NCBI GenBank assembly: GCA_035475295.1
Contig: DATIMM010000117.1
Location: 4,869 to 68,868, forward strand
Length of the DNA stretch: 64,000 nt
Origin: Bryobacteraceae bacterium
GTDB taxonomy: Bacteria; Acidobacteriota; Terriglobia; Bryobacterales; Bryobacteraceae
Direction of reading: 5' to 3'
The translations under genes and the position numbers were made by a program. Positions 36,915 to 46,860 of the stretch are shown here, piece by piece. Every line of letters begins with the position of its first letter. The stretch's first letter is position 1. Below the pieces are notes generated by a model. It worked only from the letters and a program-made list of their open reading frames with translations. It had not been told where the DNA came from and searched no databases.

Positions 36915-37408
36915 CACCAGCCCAGAACCGCGACAATACCGACCAGGGCCAGCATCCATGTGTGTGGCTCCGGCGTGAATGTGTAAACCGCGCCGGTGTA
37001 CTCCAATCCTCCGCCAACCGAGTTGATGTTGACGTCTACGATTCCCGATCCAGTTAAACTGCGCAGATCCACGAGACATGGCTTTGGCTCAGCGCCCGAA
37101 CTCGAGCCAACAATGCCGCACGATGACCCATTGAAAGTAAAGGTGCTGTGATACGTCCCGGGACCGGCGTCCAGTGTAATTTCTGTGCCATTCAGCCCCA
37201 GCACGCTACCCGGTGGGCACCGACTGCATCTGGCCGGACCCCAGTTCCCGAGGTGCATCCCGTCGGATACGGAAAAACCGGGTCCGCAGAAGTTGAAATT
37301 ACCGATGGAAAAACCGCTGAGAGTGATCGTCCCACTCGTGACGGGGATAGCGCTTGCCAGAAATGGAAACAGCGCAAAAAGAACAGACGCCAGCAGAAGC
37401 CTCGTCAT
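36809..37408 (-). CDS. Secreted protein with a PEP-CTERM-like sorting signal.
   Basis: Signal peptide MTRLLLASVLFALFPFLASA. Near the C-terminus is TPEPHTWMLALVGIVAVLGW (PEP plus a TM segment). The in-frame tail lacks the usual Arg cluster and runs 105 nt into the convergent gene. Confidence 0.55.
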   Translation of the reverse strand: MTRLLLASVLFALFPFLASAIPVTSGTITLSGFSIGNFNFCGPGFSVSDGMHLGNWGPARCSRCPPGSVLGLNGTEITLDAGPGTYHSTFTFNGSSCGIVGSSSGAEPKPCLVDLRSLTGSGIVDVNINSVGGGLEYTGAVYTFTPEPHTWMLALVGIVAVLGWCQAAAPRDASHSNLLGAKPNSRFALALEAPRRLVA

Positions 37409-37428
37409 TCTTCTCCGGCCCGAGTCTA

Positions 37429-40365
37429 CTATACATTCTGAATGGCAGGCCCCTGCACACTTTGCCCCGGCCCTGCGCTATAAGCCCGTGCCGCCGTCAC
37501 GAAGCCCTCGAGCGTTAAGCCCTCAGGGTCGTTGAACCTATCTCCACAGATCTCTTCGATGACGTGCACTCCCAGCCTGCGGTAGCTTTCAAACTGCGCC
37601 TCATCGTAGAACTGATCCGTTGTGGTCTGGTGCGGAAAGCTCTCGTTGGTCGTCGCATAGTACTGAATGTCCGGAGGCTCGTTTCCGTTCAAGGATGGCT
37701 TGATGTAAATCAAAGTGCCGTCTTCTGCCCCTTTATCGACCACGCCGTACCGGATATGACCGATCGCGCAATGGTGCCCCGAGAACTCGCTCGACGCCTT
37801 GTGGGTCGGAGACATCGGCAAAGCGGGGCTTGCAAACTCAATTGGTATGCCGAGGTCCACTCGAATCTTGCGGACCGCATTGGCCAGATCTTCATATGCA
37901 TACTTCGGATCAGCGCCGGCATCCGAAACCACAATCAAATGACACCGGCGCAGCACCATTTCATAAAGGCCCAGATTCTCGAAGTGGCCGCCGTCGGAAA
38001 GATATAACCAATCATTCACGTCATCCGTGAATCCGAGTGCTTCATCAATAAACCCGCGAATGCCCCACCTCGGCCCCGGCCTCTGCCAAACGGCGCTCGA
38101 TGATCTCGGATTGCCCAGCCAGCATCCCAGCCTTGCGTTGAAAAGAGTCATCACAAGCCCCAACAGTGGAGAGGAGTGATAGCCCATGTTGGGACTCGCG
38201 GCCGCTCCCGAAATCGTGATCGCCGTGCCGAGCGTAATCGGGCTTCGATAGCCTCTGCTGGCATACTTGCCACCGTAAAGCGTGGAGCTTCGATATCCCA
38301 CGCGGCAACTCCCCGTATGTAGCCGGGTGGACGTGAATGGTTCCGCCTTGCGCTGCTGCCACGCCAAATCCGTTCCGTGAACCAGGTTCACCGATATGTT
38401 CACGACGTGTAGCGGCTTATAGCTTGTCAGCCTGCACATCGGAATGTTGTCCTTAGGATCGAATCCCGTAAATAGATTCGGTTGCCGATGGGGATTAGAT
38501 GCTCCAAGATAAGCGCGTATCAATCTCATCCGGTACATGCCGTAAAGCGAGAACTTGTTGATGTTGATGAAGTACGAAGCGATGAGGCACACCGCAAGCT
38601 CGCCTGCTACTACCCAGAGCGCATGAGCCGTAATATTGCCCATCGGGCGAAGCGCCGCAGGCCAGAGCGAGGGCACCAAATCGGGGATCGTATTCAGCAA
38701 GCTCACCAGCTTTATATCTGCGGCGCCCAGCAGCATCACCAGCAGCAGAAGAAAAACCGGCAGCACTAGACGCGCTCCGTATTCCTTTATCCAGCTCCGG
38801 GACAGTAGCTTTCGGGAATCATCGGCGCTCTTGCTGCTTCCCGTGTCCGGGCTGCTTCCCGCGCGTGCCGCCATCCAGCCCGTCAGGCCGGTTGCCAGCG
38901 TAATCGCGGCGTTTAGCTTTGCATTCGCCCAGTTAAGACTCTGAACGGAATAAAGCACGACAAAAGCGAACACAATCCATCCGGTGCCCACCGCCATCAA
39001 CCATCCGCCGGCCCGCGCCCACCATTCGCGATCTTCATCTTCGGTGATGTAACTGCCAATGCCCACTAGCAAGGTCTGCGAAAACAGGAAGATTCCAATC
39101 ACGAGGGGAAAGCCTAAAACCGCATATGCCTTCGGGTGCAGAATGTGCCCGCTCTGTGACAGCCGCACAAGACAAGTCACCGCGGACGCCGTCGCGCCCC
39201 CGGCGAACCCGGTGACTGCCGCTGCCACTGTAGCCAGCAACGCTGTCCTACGAGGCGGTCGCCGAAACCGGAACAGCACATACGCCATCCCGGCCAGAAT
39301 GCCCCCGCCATGCATAAGCGCCCCCAAAATGCCCAGATGCCACCAGCGGATTCCCAACTTGCCAAGACCGACCAGATCCCACCAGGCAGCTTGGGGGTTG
39401 CCGTTTGGCAGCCACGCCCAGAACACGTTCAGTTGCACTGCGGAAAGCGTCAGCGGTAGTAAGCACAGCAGGAGAAACATCCTCGGGGGTCGCCGCGCAT
39501 TTCCAGCGCTCGGGAGATCATACCCGACGTAGGCCACCGATAACGCTCCCAGCAATCCTGCCGTCAGCGCCAGAAACCATAAACTGGCAGGTTGCACAAA
39601 GTCCGGCCTCAGCCACAACAAACGCCACGCCAAAACCGGAATCAACAGAACTGCGGCAAACAGCGGAATCAAAACCAGCCAGTTCAGGAATATATTGCGC
39701 GCCACAGTGGCGGCCAGGGCCCAGGTGTCGGCCGAAAGAACCCCGGGCCTCGGAGCAAGATAATTGCTGTACGTGCGCAAATGGTGCACTTCAGCGGGTT
39801 CGGGCTCAAAACCCGTATCCGGAGATCTCGAAAGCTGCTCGATAACGCGGGCCGGTCCGTCGCCAGCCACTGCGCTGCCCAAAGGGTTCAAAGCCTCGGG
39901 CCCAAAATGGGTCAAACGCGTGGCCCAGCTCGAAAACCACGCACCCAGATAGCCGCCTCCGGAAACACTGGAAAGATAATCGAACTCTCCCAGGAGTTGC
40001 GGGCGATCTCCCACCGGCTGTCGCGAACAGCTTGCCAGGGCCTGTAAAATGCCAAGGCCGAAGGTGGCGCTCCGAATGCCTCCCCCGGAGAAACACATCG
40101 CGGTGCGCTTGCGGCCGTGTAATCGCGCCATAAGAGCCGAGCGGAACTTCTGCTCGGCGGCTTCGACTGCGGCTTCTGCGTCGCTTCTCGCTGCGGGGTC
40201 CGTCGTCCTCGCGAATTCCGCATCCCGATGACGGCGCGCTTCGGCGTACGCTAGGCGGAGCGCATCGGAAGGAGTCGTCTTCTCACCTGCGAAATCTCTG
40301 TCCTCATCGTCCAGAACGTCCAAGTAAGACAGATAGAGTTCGTCCGTTTCCAACGTACTTGGCAT
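37429..40365 (-). CDS. Patatin/cPLA2-like phospholipase with a large polytopic membrane insertion.
   Basis: 978 aa. Oxyanion motif CFSGGGIRSATFGLGILQAL, nucleophile elbow SVSGGGYLG and catalytic-Asp motif LSDGGHFENLGLYE lie about 650 residues apart. About 10 hydrophobic helices (roughly residues 215-600) lie between them. Confidence 0.82.
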   Translation of the reverse strand: MPSTLETDELYLSYLDVLDDEDRDFAGEKTTPSDALRLAYAEARRHRDAEFARTTDPAARSDAEAAVEAAEQKFRSALMARLHGRKRTAMCFSGGGIRSATFGLGILQALASCSRQPVGDRPQLLGEFDYLSSVSGGGYLGAWFSSWATRLTHFGPEALNPLGSAVAGDGPARVIEQLSRSPDTGFEPEPAEVHHLRTYSNYLAPRPGVLSADTWALAATVARNIFLNWLVLIPLFAAVLLIPVLAWRLLWLRPDFVQPASLWFLALTAGLLGALSVAYVGYDLPSAGNARRPPRMFLLLCLLPLTLSAVQLNVFWAWLPNGNPQAAWWDLVGLGKLGIRWWHLGILGALMHGGGILAGMAYVLFRFRRPPRRTALLATVAAAVTGFAGGATASAVTCLVRLSQSGHILHPKAYAVLGFPLVIGIFLFSQTLLVGIGSYITEDEDREWWARAGGWLMAVGTGWIVFAFVVLYSVQSLNWANAKLNAAITLATGLTGWMAARAGSSPDTGSSKSADDSRKLLSRSWIKEYGARLVLPVFLLLLVMLLGAADIKLVSLLNTIPDLVPSLWPAALRPMGNITAHALWVVAGELAVCLIASYFININKFSLYGMYRMRLIRAYLGASNPHRQPNLFTGFDPKDNIPMCRLTSYKPLHVVNISVNLVHGTDLAWQQRKAEPFTSTRLHTGSCRVGYRSSTLYGGKYASRGYRSPITLGTAITISGAAASPNMGYHSSPLLGLVMTLFNARLGCWLGNPRSSSAVWQRPGPRWGIRGFIDEALGFTDDVNDWLYLSDGGHFENLGLYEMVLRRCHLIVVSDAGADPKYAYEDLANAVRKIRVDLGIPIEFASPALPMSPTHKASSEFSGHHCAIGHIRYGVVDKGAEDGTLIYIKPSLNGNEPPDIQYYATTNESFPHQTTTDQFYDEAQFESYRRLGVHVIEEICGDRFNDPEGLTLEGFVTAARAYSAGPGQSVQGPAIQNV

Positions 40366-40398
40366 ATGAGCAGTAACTATATCGAATAAGGCCGGAAC

Positions 40399-40917
40399 TC
40401 AGCCGGACAGCGCCGATCGTTTGTCCGGATTCTCGGTGCCCCGCGCCATGCTCTCCAATGCGTCCCCTGCCAGCCGGTACTGCGTCCACTCATCCATCTG
40501 GGTGGCCCCCAGCTTTCTGTAGAACTGGATCGCTGGCTCGTTCCACTTGAGCACTCCCCACTCCAACCTGCCGCATCCGCGTTCAGTCGTAATTCTTGAC
40601 AAGTGCCTCAGCAGCGCCAGCCCGATTCCCTTCCCGCGCAGGTGCGGTTTCACATACAAATCCTCCAGATAGATTCCTGCCTGAGCCAGAAACGTGGAGT
40701 ATGTCGGAAAGAACACCGCAAAGCCCGCGCATTCCCGGTCCCAATATGCCAACAGCACCTCGGCCGCGGGCTTGCTGCCGAACAGCGTCCTGCGCAGCTG
40801 CTCTTCGGTGGCCGTGACGCTTGCGGCAAGTCTCTCGTATTCCGCGAGCGCACGAACCAGATCCAGTATCACCGGCAGGTCCACTTCAGTTGCTGGAACG
40901 ATCCGTATCCTCGACAT
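40399..40917 (-). CDS. GNAT-family N-acetyltransferase (diamine/SSAT-like).
   Basis: 172 aa with the acetyl-CoA motif LRGKGIGLALLRHL and the LEWGVLKWNEPAIQFYRKLGA tail. Confidence 0.85.
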   Translation of the reverse strand: MSRIRIVPATEVDLPVILDLVRALAEYERLAASVTATEEQLRRTLFGSKPAAEVLLAYWDRECAGFAVFFPTYSTFLAQAGIYLEDLYVKPHLRGKGIGLALLRHLSRITTERGCGRLEWGVLKWNEPAIQFYRKLGATQMDEWTQYRLAGDALESMARGTENPDKRSALSG

Positions 40918-40969
40918 GTTCTTCCAAGTCTACGTGGGCACCGCGCGACAAACCCCAACGGGATACGGT

Positions 40970-41764
40970 ATGAGGGTGAACACGTTTCGCATCGCACTTG
41001 CCAACCTCCGCTTCCCGGCCACGCCCCAGGAGTCGGTCACGTTGGCCGAAGGCGCCATCGCTCACGCCTCCCTCGAGCGTGCCAGCCTCATCTGCTTTCC
41101 GGAATGCTTCATGCCCGGCTACCGGGGCGTGGCGAAACAAATCCCCCCTCCGGATCCTGCATTCCTCGAACGGGCTTGGTCCGCCATAGCCAGCGCCGCC
41201 GCCAAGGCCAGCCTCGCGGTCGTTCTCGGCACTGAACGCATCGTCGACAATGCCCTCTTGGCCTCCGCACTCGTAATCAATCCAGATGGATTCATCGCCG
41301 GCTTCCAGGATAAAGTCCAACTCGACCCTTCCGAGGAAGGCATCTATTCACCCGGTTCCGGAAGGCGGATCTTCCAAGCCGGTCCGCTGACATTTGGTGT
41401 CGCCATCTGCCATGAAGGTTGGCGTTACCCGGAAACAGTCCGCTGGGCCGCCCGCCGCGGAGCGCACATCGTGTTTCACCCTCACTTCCACGAAGCCGGG
41501 CCCGGCAGTTACCGCCCCACGATCTTCGCCGATCCTGCCAACTCATTCCACGAGAAGGCCGCCTTGTGTCGCGCCGCCGAAAACACCTGCTACTTCGCCA
41601 CCGTAAACTTTGCCAGCGCCGGGTCGCCCACCACTTCGGCTGTCGTGAGGCCCGACGGGACGCTGCTCACTTATCAGCCTTACGGCAAAGAAGGACTGCT
41701 CATCGTCGACATCGACATCACAGCGGCTACCGGCCTCCTCGCGGCCCGCTGCAAATCCGCCTAG
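40970..41764 (+). CDS. Carbon-nitrogen hydrolase (nitrilase superfamily).
   Basis: An internal ATG at 40970 gives MRVNTFRIALANLRF... with the CFPECF (Glu), lysine-region and ICHEGWRYPE (catalytic Cys) motifs. The upstream part of the track ORF overlaps the GNAT gene antisense. Confidence 0.85.
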   Translation: MRVNTFRIALANLRFPATPQESVTLAEGAIAHASLERASLICFPECFMPGYRGVAKQIPPPDPAFLERAWSAIASAAAKASLAVVLGTERIVDNALLASALVINPDGFIAGFQDKVQLDPSEEGIYSPGSGRRIFQAGPLTFGVAICHEGWRYPETVRWAARRGAHIVFHPHFHEAGPGSYRPTIFADPANSFHEKAALCRAAENTCYFATVNFASAGSPTTSAVVRPDGTLLTYQPYGKEGLLIVDIDITAATGLLAARCKSA

Positions 41765-41843
41765 AGTCCCCTCTCGCGAACCTGTTTCGAAACCTGGTCG
41801 GCCGAGCGCGGGTTAGCCGGCGATGAGACATACTCCGTCCTGA

Positions 41844-42205
41844 GAGGGTGCCACATTCTCCACTCCCGCGATGCATTCTGGCGGACTGATTACATTCTCC
41901 GACGAAGGAGCAGATCTGCGGGTTCGGTCGGATGATACACCAAGAGGGTCGCCCAACGGTCGCCTGATCTACTTTCTCTCCGACTGCGATGGTTATCTCT
42001 GGCTATGGGCGCAGCGTGTTGCTAACGGGACAAAGGCTTTGGTTGGAACACGTTCCCCGTGCACCACTTTCACAATGCCCGGCTGTCCATGGCGAGCGTG
42101 GGTCGCGGCATACTCGAAATCGGCGTTGCGAAAGACAAGATCGTAGTAGGGCTTGGACAGTTGACAGGAAACATCTGGAGCATGAGTCGAAAGTCGAGAA
42201 ATTGA
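41844..42205 (+). pseudogene. Frameshifted C-terminal remnant of a TolB/WD40-like beta-propeller protein.
   Basis: Frame 0 reads ...SPNGRLIYFLSDCDGYLWLWAQRVANGTKALVG. After a shift near 42026-42045, frame 2 continues WNTFPVHHFHNARLSMASVGRGILEIGVAKDKIVVGLGQLTGNIWSM...*. There is no N-terminal part, and a stop lies at 41841. Confidence 0.5.
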
Positions 42206-42252
42206 TTTCATCACTCCGCCCCACTCTGCGTGCCTGGCCCGTAGGGGCTGGG

Positions 42253-43038
42253 ATGGCGTTGCTACTCTTGATATTCCTCATGCTCCGGGGCCTCGTAGAT
42301 CGGTTCGTATACTATCCCATGCCGTATCCCCAGGGCGACTGGGCGCTGCAGGCGCGGGCAGGCGCACAGGACCTTTGGCTTACCACTAAAGATGGAATCC
42401 GTTTGAACGCTTGGTGGTTCCCCAAGCCCGGTTCACGTTTCGCTACCTTGTTTCTCCACGGAAACGCCGGAAACGTGACGCACAGGATCGACCACGCGCT
42501 CGCGATCACGTCCGCCGGCTCGTCGATTCTCGTACTGGACTACCGCGGATATGGAAAAAGCAACGGCCGTCCCAGCGAACAGGGCCTGTACTTGGATGCC
42601 GATACTGCATACGACGCGCTGACGCAACTCGGCTTTCGGCCGGGCCAGATTATTCTTCAAGGGGAATCGCTGGGCACAGCCGTAGCCGTGGAACTTGCGT
42701 CGCGGCGGCCGTGTGCAGGCTTGATTCTTGAATCGCCGTTGACATCGCTAAGCAATATGGCGGGAGCGGTTCTTCCCGTACTTGGCCCGCTCCTTGCGCG
42801 CGGCTTTGACACCGGAAAGAAAATCCGGCAAGTCCACGCGCCTGTGCTCGTGATTCATGGCGATGCCGACGAAATCGTGCCCTTCTCACAAGGCCAAGCT
42901 GTATTCAAAGCCGCAAACCCGCCCAAAGAACTCTGGCGTATTCCAGGCGCTCATCACAACGATCTTTTGTACAGTGCCGGTAACGAATACATCACCCGCT
43001 TACGCGCTTTTTTGCAACTGCTAGGCCAACGTGGATGA
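42253..43038 (+). CDS. Alpha/beta-fold hydrolase (S33/hydrolase_4-like), membrane-anchored.
   Basis: LFLHGNAGN, nucleophile elbow GESLGTAV, and IHGDADEIVP/GAHHND (Asp and His). The start was chosen at MALLLLIFLML. An upstream TTG is also possible. Confidence 0.8.
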   Translation: MALLLLIFLMLRGLVDRFVYYPMPYPQGDWALQARAGAQDLWLTTKDGIRLNAWWFPKPGSRFATLFLHGNAGNVTHRIDHALAITSAGSSILVLDYRGYGKSNGRPSEQGLYLDADTAYDALTQLGFRPGQIILQGESLGTAVAVELASRRPCAGLILESPLTSLSNMAGAVLPVLGPLLARGFDTGKKIRQVHAPVLVIHGDADEIVPFSQGQAVFKAANPPKELWRIPGAHHNDLLYSAGNEYITRLRAFLQLLGQRG

Positions 43039-43070
43039 GTGCTTACCACTAAATCACACTCGACAAGTCT

Positions 43071-45380
43071 TCAAGACCCGTCCATCATCCAGGCGTTATC
43101 GCCTGAGCTGTCGGTTCTCATCGCCAGGTACCGGCCATCTGGCGACGGAATCGCCCAAGTTCCCACCCCGGTGCCGCGCCGCCGCACAAGTACCTCGACG
43201 CGACCAGACCGATCAATGCGGAGCAGACTTGCATACATCGCGCCAATAAAGCCCGTATAGAAAGCTTTGCCGTCGGCCGAGTAATCCAGGCCACCCAGCC
43301 TGTTCCAGCCTTTTACTTCTATGTTCTGCTTTAGCGGCCCGGAAGAGGAATACAGGTCTATTTCGGCCTTCCGGAAATCACTGCGCATCACAGCGATCTC
43401 AGAACCGTCAGGTGAAATTGCCTCGCCGCCGCAGAACGAGAAACCAAGAGTTCTTCTGAACGAGTCCCGCGTGCTGCCATCCTCCGGATCCAGAAGAGCA
43501 ACTGTCATCTGAGGCTGGTTGCCAACCTTCGCCAGCATACAATGTGTGGCCGGCGCCCGTGCGCATTGCACATCGGCAGAGCCATCAAAAGCCATTATCT
43601 GGCGAGGCGGGCCACCTGAAAGCGGAATTCGCATCAGTTTTTCACTGCGGCCGCTACTGTCCTCATCTACGAGGTAGAGGATCGATCGGCCATCGGGGCT
43701 GACACGTGGCTCAATGGGCGTCTTGCTCCCTGTGACAATCGGCTCGGCTACTGTTTCATCGATCCCCTGTTTGTATATCGCCCATGAGCCGCCGCGGTTA
43801 GATGTAAAGAGGACGGCTCGGCTGTCGGGCGTCCACGCCCAGGGATTGCTATTGCTGTCTTCCAGTGTCAGGCGCCGAGAACCGTGCAGACCGCCCTTTG
43901 AATCGAGCTCGCCGATATAGATATCTACGCGACTCGACCTCTTGCAATAGACCATCCTTTTTCCATCGCGGCTACTGCTTATATGCGATATATTGACCGC
44001 CGGCCACTTCATCGAGCGGCGTGGCCGGCCTGCTCGTCTGGCCGTCTGCAGCTCCACTTTTATTTCCGAGACAACGGGACCACCGTCGGGCTCGCTGGGA
44101 TCGCTATATTCGACGTAGCTGATGGTGCTATCCGAGAACCAGCCAAGGCTTCCAACCAGGTTTGGCTGAGTAACCAGTACTGCGGGCGACGAGCCTTTAG
44201 GGTCACGGCTCTCCAGGAAAAACTCTACCTGTCCGGCATTGTTAACGCGCAGGCCTGCATCTGCCAAGTGGCGGCTGTCCGGTGCCCACTGGAGATCGTT
44301 GAAGGCGCCAAAACTTTTGATCGCTGCAAGCCGTCTGGCGTCCTCTCCATTCGCCCACGTAACCCAAATCTCCTGGTCCGAGGTAGGACCGCCGGCCGTA
44401 TAAGCGACCTCCAGGCCATCCGGCGAAACCGATTTCGCGACTGCGTCCTCGCGCAGCAGTGTTATCCCGCCTCCCAGCACGGAAACAATCCAACTCGAAA
44501 CCTTTAACCCTTGCCGGGTAGATTGCAAAGCTACGGCGACAAACCGCGCCTGGTCTGGAAACCACGAAACGGGATACCAGCCGTCTTCAGCCGATATCCC
44601 CGCCGGCCTGCCGAACGTACGCGTTTCTTGAGTTGCTATTGGCCGAAGATGTATGCCTGTCAAGTCCCCGTACAGCAGATAGTTCCCGTCAGGCGAAATC
44701 AGAGCGTTTACTATCGAATTTTCGGCGGCATTCATGGTGAGCTGTCGAAGGGTTCCCTGCGTCGTCCTTGGCGGACCACGATAGATCACCAGAAAGCAAA
44801 GCACACCGACAACCACCAGGACCCCGCCCGTCCATGCCGCAAGCGGGGCGCCTCTCTTTCGGACCATTCGAACCGAGGCGGAATCTACCGCTGCGGGCGG
44901 GATCGGCGTCGTTGGACTTCGCTCTGCCTCCGGGAAACTTCGGAACACCCCAGAAGCATCCACGTCGGCGCTGGCAGGCGCGACAAACCGATACCCGCGC
45001 TTTGGCAGCGTCTCAATGTACTTCGGAATCTCCGCCGAATCGCTCAGTGCCGCCCGAATCTTCTTAATGGATCGATTCAGGCCCTGGTCGAAATCGACAT
45101 ACGTGTCATGGCCCCAGATTCGCTCCTTCAATTCTTCGCGAGTAACTAATTCGCCCGGCCTCTCCAGCAGGGCCGCCAGCACTTCGAAGGGCTGGATCTG
45201 AATAATGACTTTGATGTCATTTTTCCGCAGTTCTCCAGTTTCGAGATTCAGGTCAAAGGGACCGAAGCGGACATGCCCTCGCCTATCGCCGTTCATGGAG
45301 TACCGCAGTAACCCGACTCTAACACCGTTTCGCGTGCTCCGGGGGAACCGACGCACTTCGAATGCAACCAGCCTAGGCAT
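43071..45380 (-). CDS. CadC/OmpR-type winged-helix DNA-binding domain, a single TM segment and a periplasmic TolB-like beta-propeller.
   Basis: VRFGPFDLNLETGELRKNDIKVIIQIQPFEVLAALLERPGELVTREELKERIW...LNRSIKKIRAAL...PKRGYRF. Then the TM segment (LAAWTGGVLVVVGVLCFLVIY) and repeated SPDG... propeller units. An alternative start lies at 45296. Confidence 0.8.
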   Translation of the reverse strand: MPRLVAFEVRRFPRSTRNGVRVGLLRYSMNGDRRGHVRFGPFDLNLETGELRKNDIKVIIQIQPFEVLAALLERPGELVTREELKERIWGHDTYVDFDQGLNRSIKKIRAALSDSAEIPKYIETLPKRGYRFVAPASADVDASGVFRSFPEAERSPTTPIPPAAVDSASVRMVRKRGAPLAAWTGGVLVVVGVLCFLVIYRGPPRTTQGTLRQLTMNAAENSIVNALISPDGNYLLYGDLTGIHLRPIATQETRTFGRPAGISAEDGWYPVSWFPDQARFVAVALQSTRQGLKVSSWIVSVLGGGITLLREDAVAKSVSPDGLEVAYTAGGPTSDQEIWVTWANGEDARRLAAIKSFGAFNDLQWAPDSRHLADAGLRVNNAGQVEFFLESRDPKGSSPAVLVTQPNLVGSLGWFSDSTISYVEYSDPSEPDGGPVVSEIKVELQTARRAGRPRRSMKWPAVNISHISSSRDGKRMVYCKRSSRVDIYIGELDSKGGLHGSRRLTLEDSNSNPWAWTPDSRAVLFTSNRGGSWAIYKQGIDETVAEPIVTGSKTPIEPRVSPDGRSILYLVDEDSSGRSEKLMRIPLSGGPPRQIMAFDGSADVQCARAPATHCMLAKVGNQPQMTVALLDPEDGSTRDSFRRTLGFSFCGGEAISPDGSEIAVMRSDFRKAEIDLYSSSGPLKQNIEVKGWNRLGGLDYSADGKAFYTGFIGAMYASLLRIDRSGRVEVLVRRRGTGVGTWAIPSPDGRYLAMRTDSSGDNAWMMDGS

Positions 45381-45452
45381 CCTGTTCAGTCAGCAGATAT
45401 GGGACGGGCTGGTCTTGACAGTTGATAAGTCGTCACTCATAGTAGCTATCAA

Positions 45453-46043
45453 ATGTTCGAGGCGGTCCATATCGCTGTTATCGTGTGCCTGCTCACGCTC
45501 CTGCTGCTCGGCAGCTACTACAGGGTTCAGTCGCAGCGCTCCCGGGAGCCACTGGACCGCACCAAGGAAGGCTGGCCGATTTTGATTGGTGTTCGCGCCT
45601 TGGGTTTCCTCACGGCTGTGTCTACGGTCGTTTGGTTGTGGAAGCCAGCCTGGTTCGCCTGGGCTTCCTATCCCATTCCGTTGGCCGTGCGCTGGATGGG
45701 CGTTGCGGGTCTCGCCTGCGCGGTCGTTTGGTTAATCTGGATGTTCCACGCCCTCGGGCGGAACCTGACCGATACCGTTGTGACACGTCGCGACGCCTAT
45801 TTCGTAGATTACGGTCCGTACCGCTTTGTGAGGAATCCGATGTACACCGGAGTTCTCCTGTTGGGGTTGAGCCTGGGGCTGGCGCTTGAAACCTGGCTGC
45901 TTCCCGTACTGACAAGTCTCACGTTTGCGCTTCTGGCGCTGCGCACACGCAAGGAGGAACAGTATCTTATTGAGCACTTCGGAGATCCGTACCGTACCTA
46001 TATAAAACGCGTCGGCCGCTTCCTCCCGAAGCTGTCCGGCTGA
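45453..46043 (+). CDS. Isoprenylcysteine carboxyl methyltransferase (ICMT)/phospholipid methyltransferase family membrane protein.
   Basis: GPYRFVRNPMYTGVLLLGLSLGL ... EEQYLIEHFGDPYRTY signature. Confidence 0.8.
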   Translation: MFEAVHIAVIVCLLTLLLLGSYYRVQSQRSREPLDRTKEGWPILIGVRALGFLTAVSTVVWLWKPAWFAWASYPIPLAVRWMGVAGLACAVVWLIWMFHALGRNLTDTVVTRRDAYFVDYGPYRFVRNPMYTGVLLLGLSLGLALETWLLPVLTSLTFALLALRTRKEEQYLIEHFGDPYRTYIKRVGRFLPKLSG

Positions 46044-46185
46044 GTGATCCGTAAACCGCTAGCGCTCTCCCGCCGCCCCAATCTTTTCAGTACTTTTGAC
46101 GAACATCTCCGGAACACTCAAAATCCTCTGACTGCACATTCGTTGTCTCTCGACGCCCTGCCCGATCCGCTTCAGGATCGGCGGC

Positions 46186-46782
46186 ATGAGACAACTCCTC
46201 CCCTTAATTCCTCTCCTGCTTACCTCGGCTCTTGCTCCCTGCATCGACGCACACGTGCTTACAGTCCGCGTTCACAATGTCAGCGCCGCCGATAAGCGTG
46301 ACATCGCCAGGCTGGAAGAAACCGCAACCGTCATTTTTCAGAACGCCAGGATCTCAGTCGTCTGGATCGAATGCGTCGTATCCGGATCGCACGCTCCAGC
46401 GCCCGCCGCATGCGAAGAACAGCCAAGCCCGGATCACGTCGTCTTGGTAGTAACCAACGTCCACGCTCGCGCCGCAGATCATGTCATTGGCTGGACGAAT
46501 CTCGGCACCTTCATTGCAAACCTTGACTACCGGAAGGCCAAAGAAATGGCTGGTGCCTCAAAGCTCCACCTTTCCTGTGGGCACATTCTCGGGTACTCAG
46601 CGGCCCATGAGATTGGCCACCTTCTCCTAGGGTCGGCTGATCACGGTCTGTTCGGAATCATGAAATCGAATTACGATCCGCGGGACCTGCTGGCCATGTC
46701 GCAGGGGCGCCTGAATTTTGTAGAGGACGATGCTCGCCGAATGCGAGCCAGGCTGAACTGCCCATCTCCGGCCGCCCGATGA
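46186..46782 (+). CDS. Secreted hypothetical protein with an HExxH zinc-protease-like motif.
   Basis: Signal peptide MRQLLPLIPLLLTSALAPC. It has AAHEIGHLLLGSADH. No other family evidence. Confidence 0.5.
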   Translation: MRQLLPLIPLLLTSALAPCIDAHVLTVRVHNVSAADKRDIARLEETATVIFQNARISVVWIECVVSGSHAPAPAACEEQPSPDHVVLVVTNVHARAADHVIGWTNLGTFIANLDYRKAKEMAGASKLHLSCGHILGYSAAHEIGHLLLGSADHGLFGIMKSNYDPRDLLAMSQGRLNFVEDDARRMRARLNCPSPAAR

Positions 46783-46860
46783 AGTGACGCATCGGCGATT
46801 TCATGCCCCGCCCTCTTCTCTAACGTGCAAACAGCGCGATTCCCTGCCCTGACCCCGGCC

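Noticed and set aside
36809-36960. The idea that a frameshift restores a canonical PEP-CTERM Arg cluster. An alternative frame reads ...AGVRQRRRV right after the TM segment.
   Set aside because: That alternative frame stays open for about 45 more codons instead of terminating after the Arg cluster, so it does not give a cleaner PEP-CTERM tail. It could be coincidence in GC-rich sequence and would need read-level data.
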